Part shown: positions 20,009 through 31,208 of the stretch, piece by piece | Numbering within the stretch: the stretch's first letter is position 1 | How the letters are laid out: every line of letters starts with the position of its first letter | NCBI GenBank assembly: GCA_965261735.1 | Contig: OZ253470.1 | Coordinates: forward strand, 4,832,001 to 4,896,000 | DNA length: 64,000 bases | Direction of reading: 5' to 3' | Source: Alphaproteobacteria bacterium | GTDB taxonomy: Bacteria > Pseudomonadota > Alphaproteobacteria > SHVV01 | Notes under the pieces: generated by a model | Database searches by the model: none | Told to the model about the DNA's origin: nothing | The model's input: only the letters and a program-made list of their open reading frames with translations | Made by a program: the position numbers and the translations under genes

Positions 20009-21403
20009 GGCTGTGTCTCGAAAGTGGTGGAAATTTGAGGATGGCGTAATCTCCGGGTGACAAGACAACCACCCAATCGGCGGCTAGCACCGCCAAGGAG
20101 ATCACGCCATGAAGAACACTACCGAGACTTCCGCGCTTTCGCTACTGGCCAATGACGCCGGCTATGATCCGTTCGAGGACCGGCTGCGGGAGAACATCAG
20201 ATCCACGATCGAGGCCGTTTTTGAGGAGGAACTTGCGCAGTTTCTCGGGCGCTGCCGATACGGTCGAGAGGACGCGCTTCGGCAAGGGTATCGGAACGGG
20301 CACCGGGAGCGGCAACTGACGGGGACATTCGGGACCGAGAGGGTGAGCGTGCCGCGTGCGCGGATCGTTGAGGAAGACGGTCGGGCGTCGGAATGGCGTT
20401 CGCGGGCGCTGCCGCGCTACCAGCGGCTGACCAGAAAGGCCGAGGCGCTGATCGCTTCGGTGTATCTGTCCGGAACCAACACGCGGCGGGTGAAACGCGC
20501 GCTGTTCGGGCTCTTCCGGGGTGCTGTGAGCAAGGACGTTGTGAGCCGGGCGTGGCGCAAGGTGAAGGTCGATTGGGACGCCTGGTGCAGCCGTGGCCTC
20601 GCGGATGAGGATATCGTTCGGCTGATCCTTGACGGCACTGTGATCAAGATCCGACTGGACCGCAAGGCCACCAACATCTCGGTTCTCGCGGCTATAGGGG
20701 TGCGCCGGGATGGCCAGAAGGTCTTGCTTTCGATCGGGAATATGGGCGGAGAAAGCCAGGCGGCGTGGCGCCAGTTCCTCGACGACCTTGATGCGCGTGG
20801 ACTGAAACGGCCCGGGTTTGTCATCGTCGATGGCGCGCCGGGACTGGAGGCGGCTCTGTCGGCGCTTTGGGGCGATGACCTTCCCGTTCAACGCTGCACC
20901 GTGCACAAGCACCGCAACCTTCTGGGTCATGCTCCCAAACACATGCATGACGAGCTGAGCGAAGATTACCGCGATATGATCTATGCTGACACTGCCTCCG
21001 AGGTGGAAACCCGCCGCAAGGCGTTTGTCCGCAAGTGGCGGCTGAAATGCAGGGCCGTCGCGGACAGCCTCGCAGAAGCGGGCGACAAGCTCTTTACCTT
21101 CAACGCGCCTGTCCAAGAGCCAATGGAAATCAGCCCGAACGACCAACGCCATTGAGCGTCTCAACGAGGAGTTCAAGCGCCGGATCAAAACACAGACCGT
21201 GCTGCCGTGTCCCGAAACAGTGCCGATGCTCCTCTGGGCGCTCCTCGCTTCCGGCCAAATCCAGATGCGCAAAGTCGATGGATGGGAAACCCTCGATCAG
21301 CTAATCGCCGACGAAACCCTTGACCGCGCGGCCTGACCGCCGCAAAACTCAACCCGCTCGGAGAGGCGCCAAAACCAATTTCCACCACTTTCGAGACACA
21401 ACC
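20009..21403 (+). mobile_element. IS256-family element B (1395 bp)
   Basis: TIRs GGCTGTGTCTCGAAAGTGGTGGAAATT / AATTTCCACCACTTTCGAGACACAACC; 8-bp TSD ATGCCCAA at 20001-20008 and 21404-21411. Confidence 0.95.
20109..21336 (+). pseudogene. IS256 transposase with a +1 frameshift near 21102
   Basis: The ORF stops at 21155, but the conserved TTNAIERLNEEFKRR...LDRAA* continues in another frame after TTC-AACG-CGC. Confidence 0.85.
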
Positions 21404-21558
21404 ATGCCCAATACCTGCACTCGTTCTGCCACGTGCTTGCGAGTGCCGCGCGTCGCGCCGACTGGGACCTGAACCTCGAGTTGCGCCCGGCGATCTCACC
21501 CCAAGCGGCAGCGCCCGAACGGCTGATGTAGAGCGGTCACGCCGCGCGCCGGCGGTGC

Positions 21559-23067
21559 CTAGAAGATCCCATCATCGTTGGGCTCGCTCGGATTCAGCGT
21601 CGCCGCATCGACCTGGACGTTGAGCGCGCCGACGTCGTCTGGCGCCAGATCCGGCAGGCGCTGAGCGAGGTCGAGGAAGCGGGCGCTCTCGGCGGGCGTA
21701 ATCAGGCTCTCGGTCAGGGCCTGGAACTTGCCGACATACGCGTCGCGGCCGAAAGGGCGGGCGCCGAGCGGGTGCGCGTCGGCGACCGCGAGCTCCTCGG
21801 CGACCGTGCGGCCGTCGCGCATGCGTATTTCCGCCCGGCCGCCAAAGGCGCGCCGGCTCGGGTCGGTCTCGTGGTAGCGCCGCGTCCACTCGGCATCCTC
21901 GAGCGTGCGCACTTTGTGCCATAGCCGCACCGTGTCGGGCCGCGCCGCGCGCTCGGGCGCGTACGAATCGACGTGATGCCAGGTGCCGTCCTGCAGGGCG
22001 ACGGCGAAGATGTACATGAGGCTATGGTCGAGCGTCTCGCGGCTCGCCGCGGGGTCCATCTTCTGCGGGTCGTTGGCGCCGGTGCCGATGATCATGTGGG
22101 TGTGGTTACTCGTGTGGAGGCTGACGCCGTCGATCGCCTCGAGGTCGCCGACTTTGCCGCGCAACGCACGCGCGAGGTCGATGAAGGCCTGGGCCTGGAC
22201 CTCGGCCGAGTACTCCTTGGTGTAGGTCTCGAGGATCGCGCGCCGCGGCTCGCCGGGCTCGGGAAGCGGCACCTGGTATAGCGCGTCCAGGCCATCGAGC
22301 AGCCAGGCGATGAGGCTGTCGTCGCCCTCGTAGATGGGTGCCGGCGAGGTTTCGCCGCGCATGGCGCGGTCCACCGCCTCGACGGCGAGCTTGCCGACGT
22401 GGGCGGGCGCCGACGCCTTCCAGCTCGAGATCTCGCCCTTGCGCGACTGGCGCGTCGCGTTGGCCACGTGCACCGCGTGTTGCACCGCCTGCTGGATAAT
22501 CTCGGGCGCGAGGCCGAGGAGGGCGCCGATACCCGCCGTCGCCGAAGCGCCGAGGTGGGTCACATGATCGATCTTGTGGCTGTGCAGGTCGATCCCCTTG
22601 CATAGATCGACCTGGATCTCGTAGGCGGTGAGGATCCCGCGCAGGAGATCGGCACCGCTTCTGTTGCACTGCTGCGCCACGGCGATCAGCGGCGGGATGT
22701 TGTCGCCAGGATGGCCCATATCGATGGCCAGGAACGTATCGTGGAAATCGAGCTCGCGCACCGCCGTCCCGTTGGCCCAGGCCGCCCATTCGGCGCTGTA
22801 ACGGCGCTCGTTGGCGACACCGAACAGGGTGGCGCCGCCGGCGCGCGCATGGGCGAGGGCCTGGGCTCGTGCATTGGCCGGCGGGCGGCGATTGAGGGCG
22901 GCGGTCGCGACCGAGGCGTTGTCGATGATGCGGTTCGCCACCATGGCCGCCGCGGCATCGTCGATGGGCGCCGAATCGGCCGCGACCTCGGCGATCTTCC
23001 ACGCCAGCTGCTGCTCGCGGGGCAGCGCCGCGGCGGACGGGTAAACGCGTACTTCGTGGAGCTTCAT
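21559..23067 (-). CDS. prpD: 2-methylcitrate dehydratase (MmgE/PrpD family)
   Basis: [42 protein letters not shown] and SRETLDHS motifs. Confidence 0.88.
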   Translation of the reverse strand: MKLHEVRVYPSAAALPREQQLAWKIAEVAADSAPIDDAAAAMVANRIIDNASVATAALNRRPPANARAQALAHARAGGATLFGVANERRYSAEWAAWANGTAVRELDFHDTFLAIDMGHPGDNIPPLIAVAQQCNRSGADLLRGILTAYEIQVDLCKGIDLHSHKIDHVTHLGASATAGIGALLGLAPEIIQQAVQHAVHVANATRQSRKGEISSWKASAPAHVGKLAVEAVDRAMRGETSPAPIYEGDDSLIAWLLDGLDALYQVPLPEPGEPRRAILETYTKEYSAEVQAQAFIDLARALRGKVGDLEAIDGVSLHTSNHTHMIIGTGANDPQKMDPAASRETLDHSLMYIFAVALQDGTWHHVDSYAPERAARPDTVRLWHKVRTLEDAEWTRRYHETDPSRRAFGGRAEIRMRDGRTVAEELAVADAHPLGARPFGRDAYVGKFQALTESLITPAESARFLDLAQRLPDLAPDDVGALNVQVDAATLNPSEPNDDGIF

Positions 23068-23831
23068 GTCATCCCCCAGCTGCCGCCAGGCGCGCCGGCG
23101 AAGGCCTCTTCGATGGACTCCTGATCTGGCGCCGCGCCGCTTGGCGCTGTGTAGACAATACTACCGTATCGCAAGACATAAACATGATCCGCCACTTCCA
23201 CGCCTTTCTTCAAGTTCTTCTCAACGATGAGTCCAGACAGGCTACTGTCACGGTTAAGCGAGCGGATGACGGCGAATAGCTCATCCACAATGCGGCCCGA
23301 GAGTCCACGAGAGGGCTCATCGAGAAGGAGAAAACGCGGCCGGCCCATGAGGGCACGGGTGATCGATAGCATGCGCTGATCGCCGCCGCTGAGGTGTCCC
23401 GCGAGCCGCTCGCGCTGGAGCCTTAGCATGGGCACGAGATCGTACTGGCGCTCCATGTCGCGCTCGATCTCCCGCTTGTCGCCGCGCAAATAGGCCCCGA
23501 CGCGGAGGTTTTCCTCAACCGTGAATCGCGGCAGGACGGGTTCCTCGGCCGCCACTAAAAATATTCCGAGTTCGGGACGCGCGTGGACGGGCAGGCTCAC
23601 AAGATCGATCCATTGGGTGCCGTCGTGAAACTCGATCGTGCCGTCACGGATGCTGGTGAGCCCGGCGATCGAGGCCAATATGGTCGTCTTACCCGCGAGC
23701 CTCGGCCCCAATAGCACGACGATCTCCGCATCCCGCACCTCGAATGAAACGCCGTGCACGACCGGCTCTCGGCCATGGTCAACATGCAGGTTGGAAACCC
23801 GCAGCACCGGTTTGCCGACCGCGCGATCCAT
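23064..23831 (-). CDS. LivF-like ABC ATP-binding protein (orphan)
   Basis: Walker A GPRLAGKT, signature LSGGDQRM, Walker B LLLDEPS. Confidence 0.85.
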   Translation of the reverse strand: MDRAVGKPVLRVSNLHVDHGREPVVHGVSFEVRDAEIVVLLGPRLAGKTTILASIAGLTSIRDGTIEFHDGTQWIDLVSLPVHARPELGIFLVAAEEPVLPRFTVEENLRVGAYLRGDKREIERDMERQYDLVPMLRLQRERLAGHLSGGDQRMLSITRALMGRPRFLLLDEPSRGLSGRIVDELFAVIRSLNRDSSLSGLIVEKNLKKGVEVADHVYVLRYGSIVYTAPSGAAPDQESIEEAFAGAPGGSWGMT

Positions 23832-24065
23832 CCGCTACATCCGCGCCCGCTTGGATCCTCCCCCGACACCGGAGGAGCGCCCCCCCTTGATGCCGCGCAC
23901 CTTGTTGACTACGTTTTCGGCGATCCCCGCTGCGCGGGGAGGGCTCGTTGATGCGCGGCCACGCGCAGTCTACACCGGCGGATCGGCGTGGCAATCGGCG
24001 CAGCTATCGATGTCTGCGGGCGGAAGCGGGGAGGCGATGACGCACGGCGGCGAGGGGTCCATTCG

Positions 24066-27000
24066 GTGAGGCCGGTGCTTGGACAGATCGCCGGTGTTGC
24101 ACTCCTGAGCGCGCTCCTCGCCGGTTGCGCGATCCTCACGCCGCTACCCCAAAGGGTCACGTTATCCGAGCGCTTGGCGGTTTTTCCAACGGTCGGCCTG
24201 CCACTGCGCCAGCCGGTCATCATTTACTGGGACGACCACCAAATCCCCTTCATCGAGGCCGCGCACGATGAGGACCTGGCCGTCGCCCTGGGGCTGGTGC
24301 ACGCTCATCTGCGTCTCGGCCAAATGGAGGCCCTGAGGCGGGTGTCGCAGGGCCGTATGGCCGAGGTCGTTGGGCCGCTCGCGACCGATATCGATCATGC
24401 CTTGCGTATCGTGAATTTCGGCGCCGCGGTCCCGGACATGATCGAAGCCCTGCCCGCCGAGACGCGTCTATGGCTCGAGGCGTTCGTGCGCGGGGTCAAC
24501 CACTATCAGGAGCGGATGGTACGGCGGCCGCACGAATTCGCGGTGCTCGCGATCAAACCGGAACCGTGGAGCGTGGCGGACCTACTGACGATAGGACGGC
24601 TCGCCTCGGCGGACGTGAACTGGCTCGTGTGGTTTCAGCTCCTGAAACCGCGCGAGCGCCGGGACTGGCCGCAGTTGTGGGCGCGACTGGTCGACGAGGG
24701 AACCGCGTCGGTGCCGAGCTATGTCGCTGCCGCGCCGTCCTCGCTGGCGCAGCTCAGCGAACTCCTCGCCGGGCTCAGCCGTTCGGGCAGCAATTCCCTC
24801 GCCGTCAACGGCGCCCGCAGCGCGAGCGGCGGCGCGCTGATGGCGAGCGATCCCCACCTCGGCATATCGCTCCCCAACCTGTGGCTCGTTGCCGGCTACA
24901 AATCGCCGTCCTACCACGCGGTCGGGCTCATGATCCCGGGCCTGCCGTTCGTAGCGGTCGGGCGCAATCCGTGGATTGCCTGGGGCGGTACGAATCTTCG
25001 CGCCGCCAGCAGCGATCTCTACGACGTGTCGTCCCTCCCGGCCGACGCCATTGAGGAGCGCCGCGAGCACATCGCCGTGCGCGGATGGTTCGACCGCGAC
25101 ATCACGGTGCGGGTGGCACCCCACGGGCCGATCGTGACCGATGCTCCGATGCTGGACTCGGGGCCGGGAACAGCGCTGGCGTTACGCTGGATCGGGCACC
25201 GGCCGAGCGACGAGATGACGGCGATGCTCAACGTCAACCGCGCCCGCGATTGGCCCCAGTTTCGCGCCTCGCTGGCCGGCTTCGCGATCTCGGGCCAGAA
25301 CATGCTGTATGCGGACGCCAACGGTCACGTCGGCCAGACCATGGCGGCGCATCTGCCGCGCCGCGCGCTCGGCAGGCCCGCCGACATGGTGCTCGAGCCC
25401 GACGCCACGGCGCATTGGAACGAGGTCGTCACGGGCCGGGAGCTGCCGGCGCGCTTCGACCCGGCGGCGGGCTATCTCGCGTCGGCCAACAATCGCGGCG
25501 CCCACGCGGAAGTCCCGGTGGGCTACTTCTTTTCTCCCAACGACCGCATCGAGCGGCTCTCCGAGCTGCTCGAGTCGCGGCAGTCCATTGGCGTCGACGA
25601 CCTGGCCCGCGTACAGCGCGATGTTTACATGGCTTCCGCCGTAGCCCTGCGCGACCGGTTCGTCGCACGCCTCGAGTCGCCCGGCCTTTCGGGCCGTCTC
25701 GATCCCGAACACAAACAGCTGGTAGCCCGCCTCGCGGCGTGGGATGGGCACTACTCGGAGGACTCGCAGGGCGCGCTCGCATTTGAGCTCTTGCTCCACC
25801 ATTTCGTGGAGGCCTACTACGACGAAACCGCGCTCGACGCCTATTCGGCGGCTGGCCGGATGCTGAAGTTGATCAGGGACGACGTCGCCGGGGCGGACGA
25901 ATCGGCGCTCGCTCCGGTGCTCGTCGCGGCGCTGGACAATGCCGCCGAAGCGGCCGAGGGATTTACGGGCTGGGGCGACATGCACCGACTCGGCCTGGCG
26001 CATCCTCTGAGTTTCCTCCCGCTCATCGGATCGCGCTATCGCTTCGCCGACCTTCCTGCGGCGGGTAGCCGTTCGACCGTGATGAAGACCGCGCACGCCC
26101 TCACCGGCGAGCGCCATTTCACGCGCTATGGCTCCAATGCCCGGCACATCTCGGACCTCTCCGACGACGACCGCAACTACTTCGTTCTGCTCGGAGGCCA
26201 GGACGGCTGGTTCGGCAGCACGACGTTCATGGACCAGGTGGCGCTGTGGCAGCGCGGTGACTATGTGGAAGTCCCGCTCCGGTTGGATACAGTGCGCGCG
26301 AAGTTCTCCTATCGAACCGAGCTGGCTCCGCAACCTGTAGGGTTTTCGACGCGGGGCGGGCCCGCGGTCGCGCCACCATTTGTCATGCTCGACGCCACGC
26401 CTCTCTTCAGGCTTTATGCGCGCCGGCGCCGGCGCGCGCTGGAGGCGCTCGACCCGGTGGCGGCGCAGGAGAGCGCGCTTCTCCGCCTCCTCGCACGGGC
26501 GAGCGACACTCGTTTCGGGCGGGACCACCATTTCGCGGCCATTTCCAGCGTGGCCGATTTCCAGGCCCGCGTGCCGCTGCGACGCTACGAGGACTTCTGG
26601 GAGGCGTACTGGCGGCGCCCGTTCCCTCGGCTCGTCGATGTTACCTGGCCCGGCCTCATCCCCCATTTCGCCGTGACCTCGGGCACGACCACGGGTGTCA
26701 CCAAGTTCATCCCCTGCTCGCACGAGGTGTTGCGCGCCAACCGGCAAGCCGGCGCCGACGTGCTCGCCTATCACGTAGCGCATCGGCCTGCGAGCCAGGT
26801 GCTCGCCGGCAAGTCCTTCATGCTCGGCGGCAGCACCGACCTGACGCAGCGCGCACCTGGCGTGCTCAGTGGCGATCTCAGCGGCATCGCCGCCCGCACG
26901 ACGCCCTGGTGGGCGCGCTCACGCACCTTTCCCCCGCCCCGGCTCGCGCTCATCGAGGACTGGGAGCGGAAGGTAGAGACTCTCGCGGCGCTGTCGCTGC

Positions 27001-27914
27001 GGCAGGATATCCGTTCGTTGAGCGGCACGCCGAGCTGGCTGCTCGTCTTTTTCGACAAGCTCGCCGCGCTCCGCCCGCAAGGGGGCCCGCGCATGATCGA
27101 TTTCTACCCTCGGCTCGAGCTTCTAGTGCACGGTGGTGTCCCATTCGCGCCCTACCGGCGGCGGTTCGAAACTCTGCTCGAAGGAAGTCGGGCCGACCTG
27201 CGCGAAGTCTACGCGGCGAGCGAAGGCTTCATCGCCATCGCCGACCGCGGCGCCGACGATGGGCTCAGGCTCGCCCTGGACAACGGGCTGTTCTTCGAGT
27301 TCGTTCCCGTCGGCGAACTCGACAACCCCAATCCCGTGCGCCACTGGCTGGCCACGGTCGAGCCGGAGGTGAATTACGCGCTCGTGCTGAGCAGCTGCGC
27401 CGGGCTGTGGGCTTACGTCGTCGGTGACACGGTGCGCTTCGTCGCGCGCCATCCGCCCCGCATCGTCGTAACCGGCCGCACGTCCTACACGCTGTCCGCC
27501 TTTGGCGAGCACCTCATCGCCGAGGAGGTCGAGGCGGCGGTCGCCGACGCGGCGGCCGAGACCGGCACAACTGTCGCGGACTACGCCGTGGGTGCCACTT
27601 TTCCGCAACACGTGGGCGAGCTCGGCGGCCACCTCTATGTCGTCGAGTTCGCCGATGGCCTCCCGACCATGGGCCAGCTCGCCGCCTTCGCGCGGGCGCT
27701 CGATGTACGGTTGTGCGAGACCAACGAGGACTACGCGGCCCACCGCGCCGGTGGATTCGGGCTCAATGCGCCCCGCGTTCAAGCGCTCTCCCGCGGCGGC
27801 TTCGCCGCATGGATGAAAAGCCGAGGTCAGCTCGGCGGTCAACACAAGGTGCCGCGCCTCATCAGCGATGAGGCGCTGTTCCGTGCCTTGAGGGAGTTTG
27901 CCGGCAGCGGCTGA
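24066..27914 (+). CDS. Fusion of a lipoprotein penicillin-acylase-family (Ntn) amidase and a GH3-family acyl-amido synthetase
   Basis: Lipobox LAGC; IYWDDHQIPFI; nucleophile motif GSNSLAV; SDPHL; ASANN. From ATG 26385 (MLDATP) the GH3 motifs TSGTT.G..KFIP, YAASE, YVVGD, GRT and GGQHKVPR follow with no stop codon between the halves. Confidence 0.85.
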   Translation: MRPVLGQIAGVALLSALLAGCAILTPLPQRVTLSERLAVFPTVGLPLRQPVIIYWDDHQIPFIEAAHDEDLAVALGLVHAHLRLGQMEALRRVSQGRMAEVVGPLATDIDHALRIVNFGAAVPDMIEALPAETRLWLEAFVRGVNHYQERMVRRPHEFAVLAIKPEPWSVADLLTIGRLASADVNWLVWFQLLKPRERRDWPQLWARLVDEGTASVPSYVAAAPSSLAQLSELLAGLSRSGSNSLAVNGARSASGGALMASDPHLGISLPNLWLVAGYKSPSYHAVGLMIPGLPFVAVGRNPWIAWGGTNLRAASSDLYDVSSLPADAIEERREHIAVRGWFDRDITVRVAPHGPIVTDAPMLDSGPGTALALRWIGHRPSDEMTAMLNVNRARDWPQFRASLAGFAISGQNMLYADANGHVGQTMAAHLPRRALGRPADMVLEPDATAHWNEVVTGRELPARFDPAAGYLASANNRGAHAEVPVGYFFSPNDRIERLSELLESRQSIGVDDLARVQRDVYMASAVALRDRFVARLESPGLSGRLDPEHKQLVARLAAWDGHYSEDSQGALAFELLLHHFVEAYYDETALDAYSAAGRMLKLIRDDVAGADESALAPVLVAALDNAAEAAEGFTGWGDMHRLGLAHPLSFLPLIGSRYRFADLPAAGSRSTVMKTAHALTGERHFTRYGSNARHISDLSDDDRNYFVLLGGQDGWFGSTTFMDQVALWQRGDYVEVPLRLDTVRAKFSYRTELAPQPVGFSTRGGPAVAPPFVMLDATPLFRLYARRRRRALEALDPVAAQESALLRLLARASDTRFGRDHHFAAISSVADFQARVPLRRYEDFWEAYWRRPFPRLVDVTWPGLIPHFAVTSGTTTGVTKFIPCSHEVLRANRQAGADVLAYHVAHRPASQVLAGKSFMLGGSTDLTQRAPGVLSGDLSGIAARTTPWWARSRTFPPPRLALIEDWERKVETLAALSLRQDIRSLSGTPSWLLVFFDKLAALRPQGGPRMIDFYPRLELLVHGGVPFAPYRRRFETLLEGSRADLREVYAASEGFIAIADRGADDGLRLALDNGLFFEFVPVGELDNPNPVRHWLATVEPEVNYALVLSSCAGLWAYVVGDTVRFVARHPPRIVVTGRTSYTLSAFGEHLIAEEVEAAVADAAAETGTTVADYAVGATFPQHVGELGGHLYVVEFADGLPTMGQLAAFARALDVRLCETNEDYAAHRAGGFGLNAPRVQALSRGGFAAWMKSRGQLGGQHKVPRLISDEALFRALREFAGSG

Positions 27915-28003
27915 AGGGTGACCACGTTTTCCGTCGACAGCGATTGCGGCCTTCGCGCAAGATGCGCGCGCGTAGACGATCAAGAATATTACGGGAGGGC
28001 AAC

Positions 28004-28831
28004 ATGCGCATCAGCTTCACGGACGTCGATGGCGTCAACACTCGCTACTACCACGAGGGCGAGGGCTATCCGCTGGTGCTCGTGCATGGCGGCGGCGTCT
28101 CGGCGGACAACTGGGCTTCAAGCATCGATCGGCTGGCGAAGGATTTCGCCGTGTACGCGCCGGACATGTTGGGGAGCGGGTTCACCGATACGATCGACCT
28201 CAAGGGCGAGCCGCCGCAGCTTCACAACGTCGCGCACCTACGGAAGTTCCTCGACCAGCTGGGGATCGAGCGCTGCGCCATCGGCGGCAGCTCGTATGGC
28301 GCGCTGATCTCGGCGCTCACCTACTTCGATCGCCCGGAGCGCATTGAAAAGCTGATACTGATCGGTAGTGCGTCCGTGTTTCATCCGCCCGAGGAATTGA
28401 CGAGTTCCCTCGATGGCACCCGCAAGAACGCCACCTCGGCGCTCGGCAATCCAACGTTCGAGACCTGTCACGCCCGGCTCGGGCGCATCTTTTACGACAA
28501 GTCAAAGATACCCGACGACGTTATTCTCACTCAGCTCACGATCTACGCCCAACCCGATCGCCTGCCCTATTTCCAGCAGTTCCTCGACGGCATGGTGGCG
28601 TCGGTCAATTCTCCGGCGCATCGGGTCTTCGAGCGACTCGAGGAGATCAAGGTGCCGACGCTGACCATCCAGGGACGCGACGACATTCGTGCCAAGCTGC
28701 CGGTCATCCAGGAGCAGCACAAGCGCCTGCCCAACTCGAATCTCGTCATCGTCGACGAGTGCGGGCACATGCCGCACCTTGAGCACAACGACAGGTTCTG
28801 CCAGCTGGTAACCGACTTCGTTCGCGGCTAG
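28004..28831 (+). CDS. Alpha/beta-fold hydrolase (BphD/MhpC-like)
   Basis: VHGGG, GSSYG nucleophile elbow, QGRDD and CGHMPH motifs. Confidence 0.85.
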   Translation: MRISFTDVDGVNTRYYHEGEGYPLVLVHGGGVSADNWASSIDRLAKDFAVYAPDMLGSGFTDTIDLKGEPPQLHNVAHLRKFLDQLGIERCAIGGSSYGALISALTYFDRPERIEKLILIGSASVFHPPEELTSSLDGTRKNATSALGNPTFETCHARLGRIFYDKSKIPDDVILTQLTIYAQPDRLPYFQQFLDGMVASVNSPAHRVFERLEEIKVPTLTIQGRDDIRAKLPVIQEQHKRLPNSNLVIVDECGHMPHLEHNDRFCQLVTDFVRG

Positions 28832-31134
28832 CCGCCGGCGGCGCGAATCGCCCGCCAGACCCGCTCCGGCGTTGCCGGCATGTCGACATGGGTGATGCCG
28901 AGCCCGGCGAGCGCGTCGACGACGGCGTTGACCACCGCGGGCGGCGCGCCGATGGCGCCGGCCTCGCCGGCACCCTTGACGCCGAGCGGGTTGGTGGGGC
29001 AGGGGACCTCGTTCCAATCGACGGCGATCGTGGGAATATCGCTCGCGCGCGGCAAGCCATAGTCCATAAAGCTGCCGGTGAGTAGCTGACCCGAACCTTC
29101 GTCGTAGACCGTATTCTCGATCAGCGCCTGGCCCACGCCCTGGACGACGCCGCCGTGTACCTGGCCGGCGAGCGTCAGCGGATTGACGACCCGGCCGAAG
29201 TCGTCGACCGCGGTAAAGTTGACGAGAGCGACCACGCCCGTGTCGGGATCGATCTCGACCTCGCAGACGTGGCAGCCGTTGGGAAAGGCGGAGGCTTCCG
29301 GCGTGAAGGTACCGCCGCCGATGAGGGCGCCGCCGTTGCCCTTGCGGGCCGCCGCGGCAACGCTGAGGAGGTCGGCCGAGCGGTCTGTGCCGGCCACGGT
29401 GAAGCGCCCATCGGCAAACTCGATGTCGCTCGCCGCCGCCTCGAGAAGTTCGGACGCGATCGGCTTGGCCTTGTCGATCAAGTCGTCGGCGGCGACCAAT
29501 ACGGCGCCGCCGCCGTCCATGATGGTGCGCGACCCGCCCGAGCCGTGGCCGCTCGGGGTATCGTCGGTGTCGCCCTCGCGAACGTTGATGGCGTCGAACG
29601 GGACGCCCAATCGATCGACGAGAATCTGGGCGAATGGCGTTTCGTGGCCCTGGCCGCTCGCTTGCGTGCCGACCATGGCGGTGAGGCTGTCGTCCTCTTC
29701 GAAGCGTAGGACGGCGTCCTCGCCGCCAATCAATGGACCGCCGGTGATGTCGATGTAGTAGGCCATGCCGATCCCGCGCAACAGGCCGCGGGAGCGCGCC
29801 GCTTCGCGGCGCTTCGCGAAATCCTTCCAGCCGGCGAGGGCCATCGCATCGTCCATGTTGCGGGCGAACTCGCCACTGTCGAAGGTCACCTTGAGGCAGG
29901 TCGTGTAGGGCATCGCGTCGGCGGGGATGTAGTTGCGCCGGCGAAGCTCCGCGCCGTCGATCGCCAGCTCGCGCGCGGCTACATCGATCAGGCGTTCGAT
30001 CAGGTAGATCGCCTCGGGCCGCCCGGCCCCGCGGTAGGCGTCGACCGGCACCGTATTGGTGTAGACGCCCTTGTAGGCAACATAGGCGGTCGGGATCGCA
30101 TAAACCCCGACCTGCATCCTTTTGTTGGGAACCGAGGGCGCGAAGTTGGAGAGATAGGCGCCCATGTTGGCGTAGGTCTGTGCGCGCACCGCGAGAAACT
30201 TGCCGTCCGCGTCGAGCGCGAGCTCGGCATGGGTGACGTGGTCGCGCCCCTGGGTGTCGCTGACGAACGCCTGGCTGCGGTCGCAGGTCCACTTGACCGG
30301 GCGGCCGACGCGGCGCGCGGCCCACAGGGTGAGCGCGTATTCGAGGTAAAGAAACAGCTTCATACCGAAACCGCCGCCCACGTCCGGGGTGACGACGCGC
30401 ACGCGCTCGGGCGCGACGTCGAGAATGCTCCCGGCGACGACGTCGCGGACGTAATGGCCGCCCTGGGTGGTCGTGTACAGCGTGTAGGAATCACCCGCCG
30501 GATCATGGCTGCCGACGGCGCCGCGCGGCTCCATCGAATTGATGATCACGCGGTTGTTGACGAAGTCGAGCCGCGTGACGTGGGTAGCCGCCGCGAAGGC
30601 CGCCTCGGTGGCGGCCTCGTCGCCCGTGCTCCAGTCGTAGACGATGTTGTTCGGGGCGTCGTCCCAGACCAGCGGCACATCGGGGCCCGCGGCCCGCGCG
30701 GTGTCGGTTACGACCGGCAGCGGGTCGTAATCGACGGCGACGAGTTCGGCCGCATCGCGCGCGGCGTCCAATGTTTCCGCGACGACCAGCGCGACCGCAT
30801 CACCCACGTGGCGCACGCGCTCGCGCTTCAGCAGGGGATTGGGTGGCACCGGGCTCTTGCTACCGTCGCGGTTCGTCACGGCAGCGATACAGGGGACGTC
30901 GCCTAGGCCGTCGGCCGCCACATCCTCTCCCGTCAGCACGCAAAGCACCTGGGCCGCGGCCTTGGCCTTCGACGTTTCGATGGAGCGGATGACCGCGTGC
31001 GCGTGCGGCGAGCGCAGGATGAAGGCATGCGCCTGACCCGGTAGGTTGATGTCGTCGGTATAACGACCCGTGCCGGTGAGGAAGCGCTGGTCCTCCTTGC
31101 GGGTCACCGGTTGACTCACTCCAAACTTCACCAT
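28828..31134 (-). CDS. Xanthine dehydrogenase-family molybdopterin subunit (form II CoxL-like)
   Basis: [26 protein letters not shown] and GVKGAGEAG motifs. Confidence 0.9.
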   Translation of the reverse strand: MVKFGVSQPVTRKEDQRFLTGTGRYTDDINLPGQAHAFILRSPHAHAVIRSIETSKAKAAAQVLCVLTGEDVAADGLGDVPCIAAVTNRDGSKSPVPPNPLLKRERVRHVGDAVALVVAETLDAARDAAELVAVDYDPLPVVTDTARAAGPDVPLVWDDAPNNIVYDWSTGDEAATEAAFAAATHVTRLDFVNNRVIINSMEPRGAVGSHDPAGDSYTLYTTTQGGHYVRDVVAGSILDVAPERVRVVTPDVGGGFGMKLFLYLEYALTLWAARRVGRPVKWTCDRSQAFVSDTQGRDHVTHAELALDADGKFLAVRAQTYANMGAYLSNFAPSVPNKRMQVGVYAIPTAYVAYKGVYTNTVPVDAYRGAGRPEAIYLIERLIDVAARELAIDGAELRRRNYIPADAMPYTTCLKVTFDSGEFARNMDDAMALAGWKDFAKRREAARSRGLLRGIGMAYYIDITGGPLIGGEDAVLRFEEDDSLTAMVGTQASGQGHETPFAQILVDRLGVPFDAINVREGDTDDTPSGHGSGGSRTIMDGGGAVLVAADDLIDKAKPIASELLEAAASDIEFADGRFTVAGTDRSADLLSVAAAARKGNGGALIGGGTFTPEASAFPNGCHVCEVEIDPDTGVVALVNFTAVDDFGRVVNPLTLAGQVHGGVVQGVGQALIENTVYDEGSGQLLTGSFMDYGLPRASDIPTIAVDWNEVPCPTNPLGVKGAGEAGAIGAPPAVVNAVVDALAGLGITHVDMPATPERVWRAIRAAGG

Positions 31135-31183
31135 CGGTCCCTCGTTCGTATCTTCGCCAGGGGCCGGACGGCCCGCACCCCGG

Positions 31184-31208
31184 GGAATATTCAAGCCGCC
31201 GCGGTGTT
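31184..31208 (+). promoter_or_regulatory. Candidate ECF26-type promoter upstream of the sigma gene
   Basis: GGAATA-16 nt-GTT, about 190 bp upstream of the sigma start. Confidence 0.35.

Larger units (their letters stand above)
18165..21531 (+). pseudogene. Hypothetical protein gene (173 aa when reconstructed) split by two IS256 insertions
   Basis: Segments 18165-18222, 19665-20008 and 21412-21531 total 522 nt and join in frame: MTKIRQFNITHVPEEDRLL|LRLNTTDRSEFRLWLTRR...LNLNAQ|YLHSFCH...PERLM*. Confidence 0.9.
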
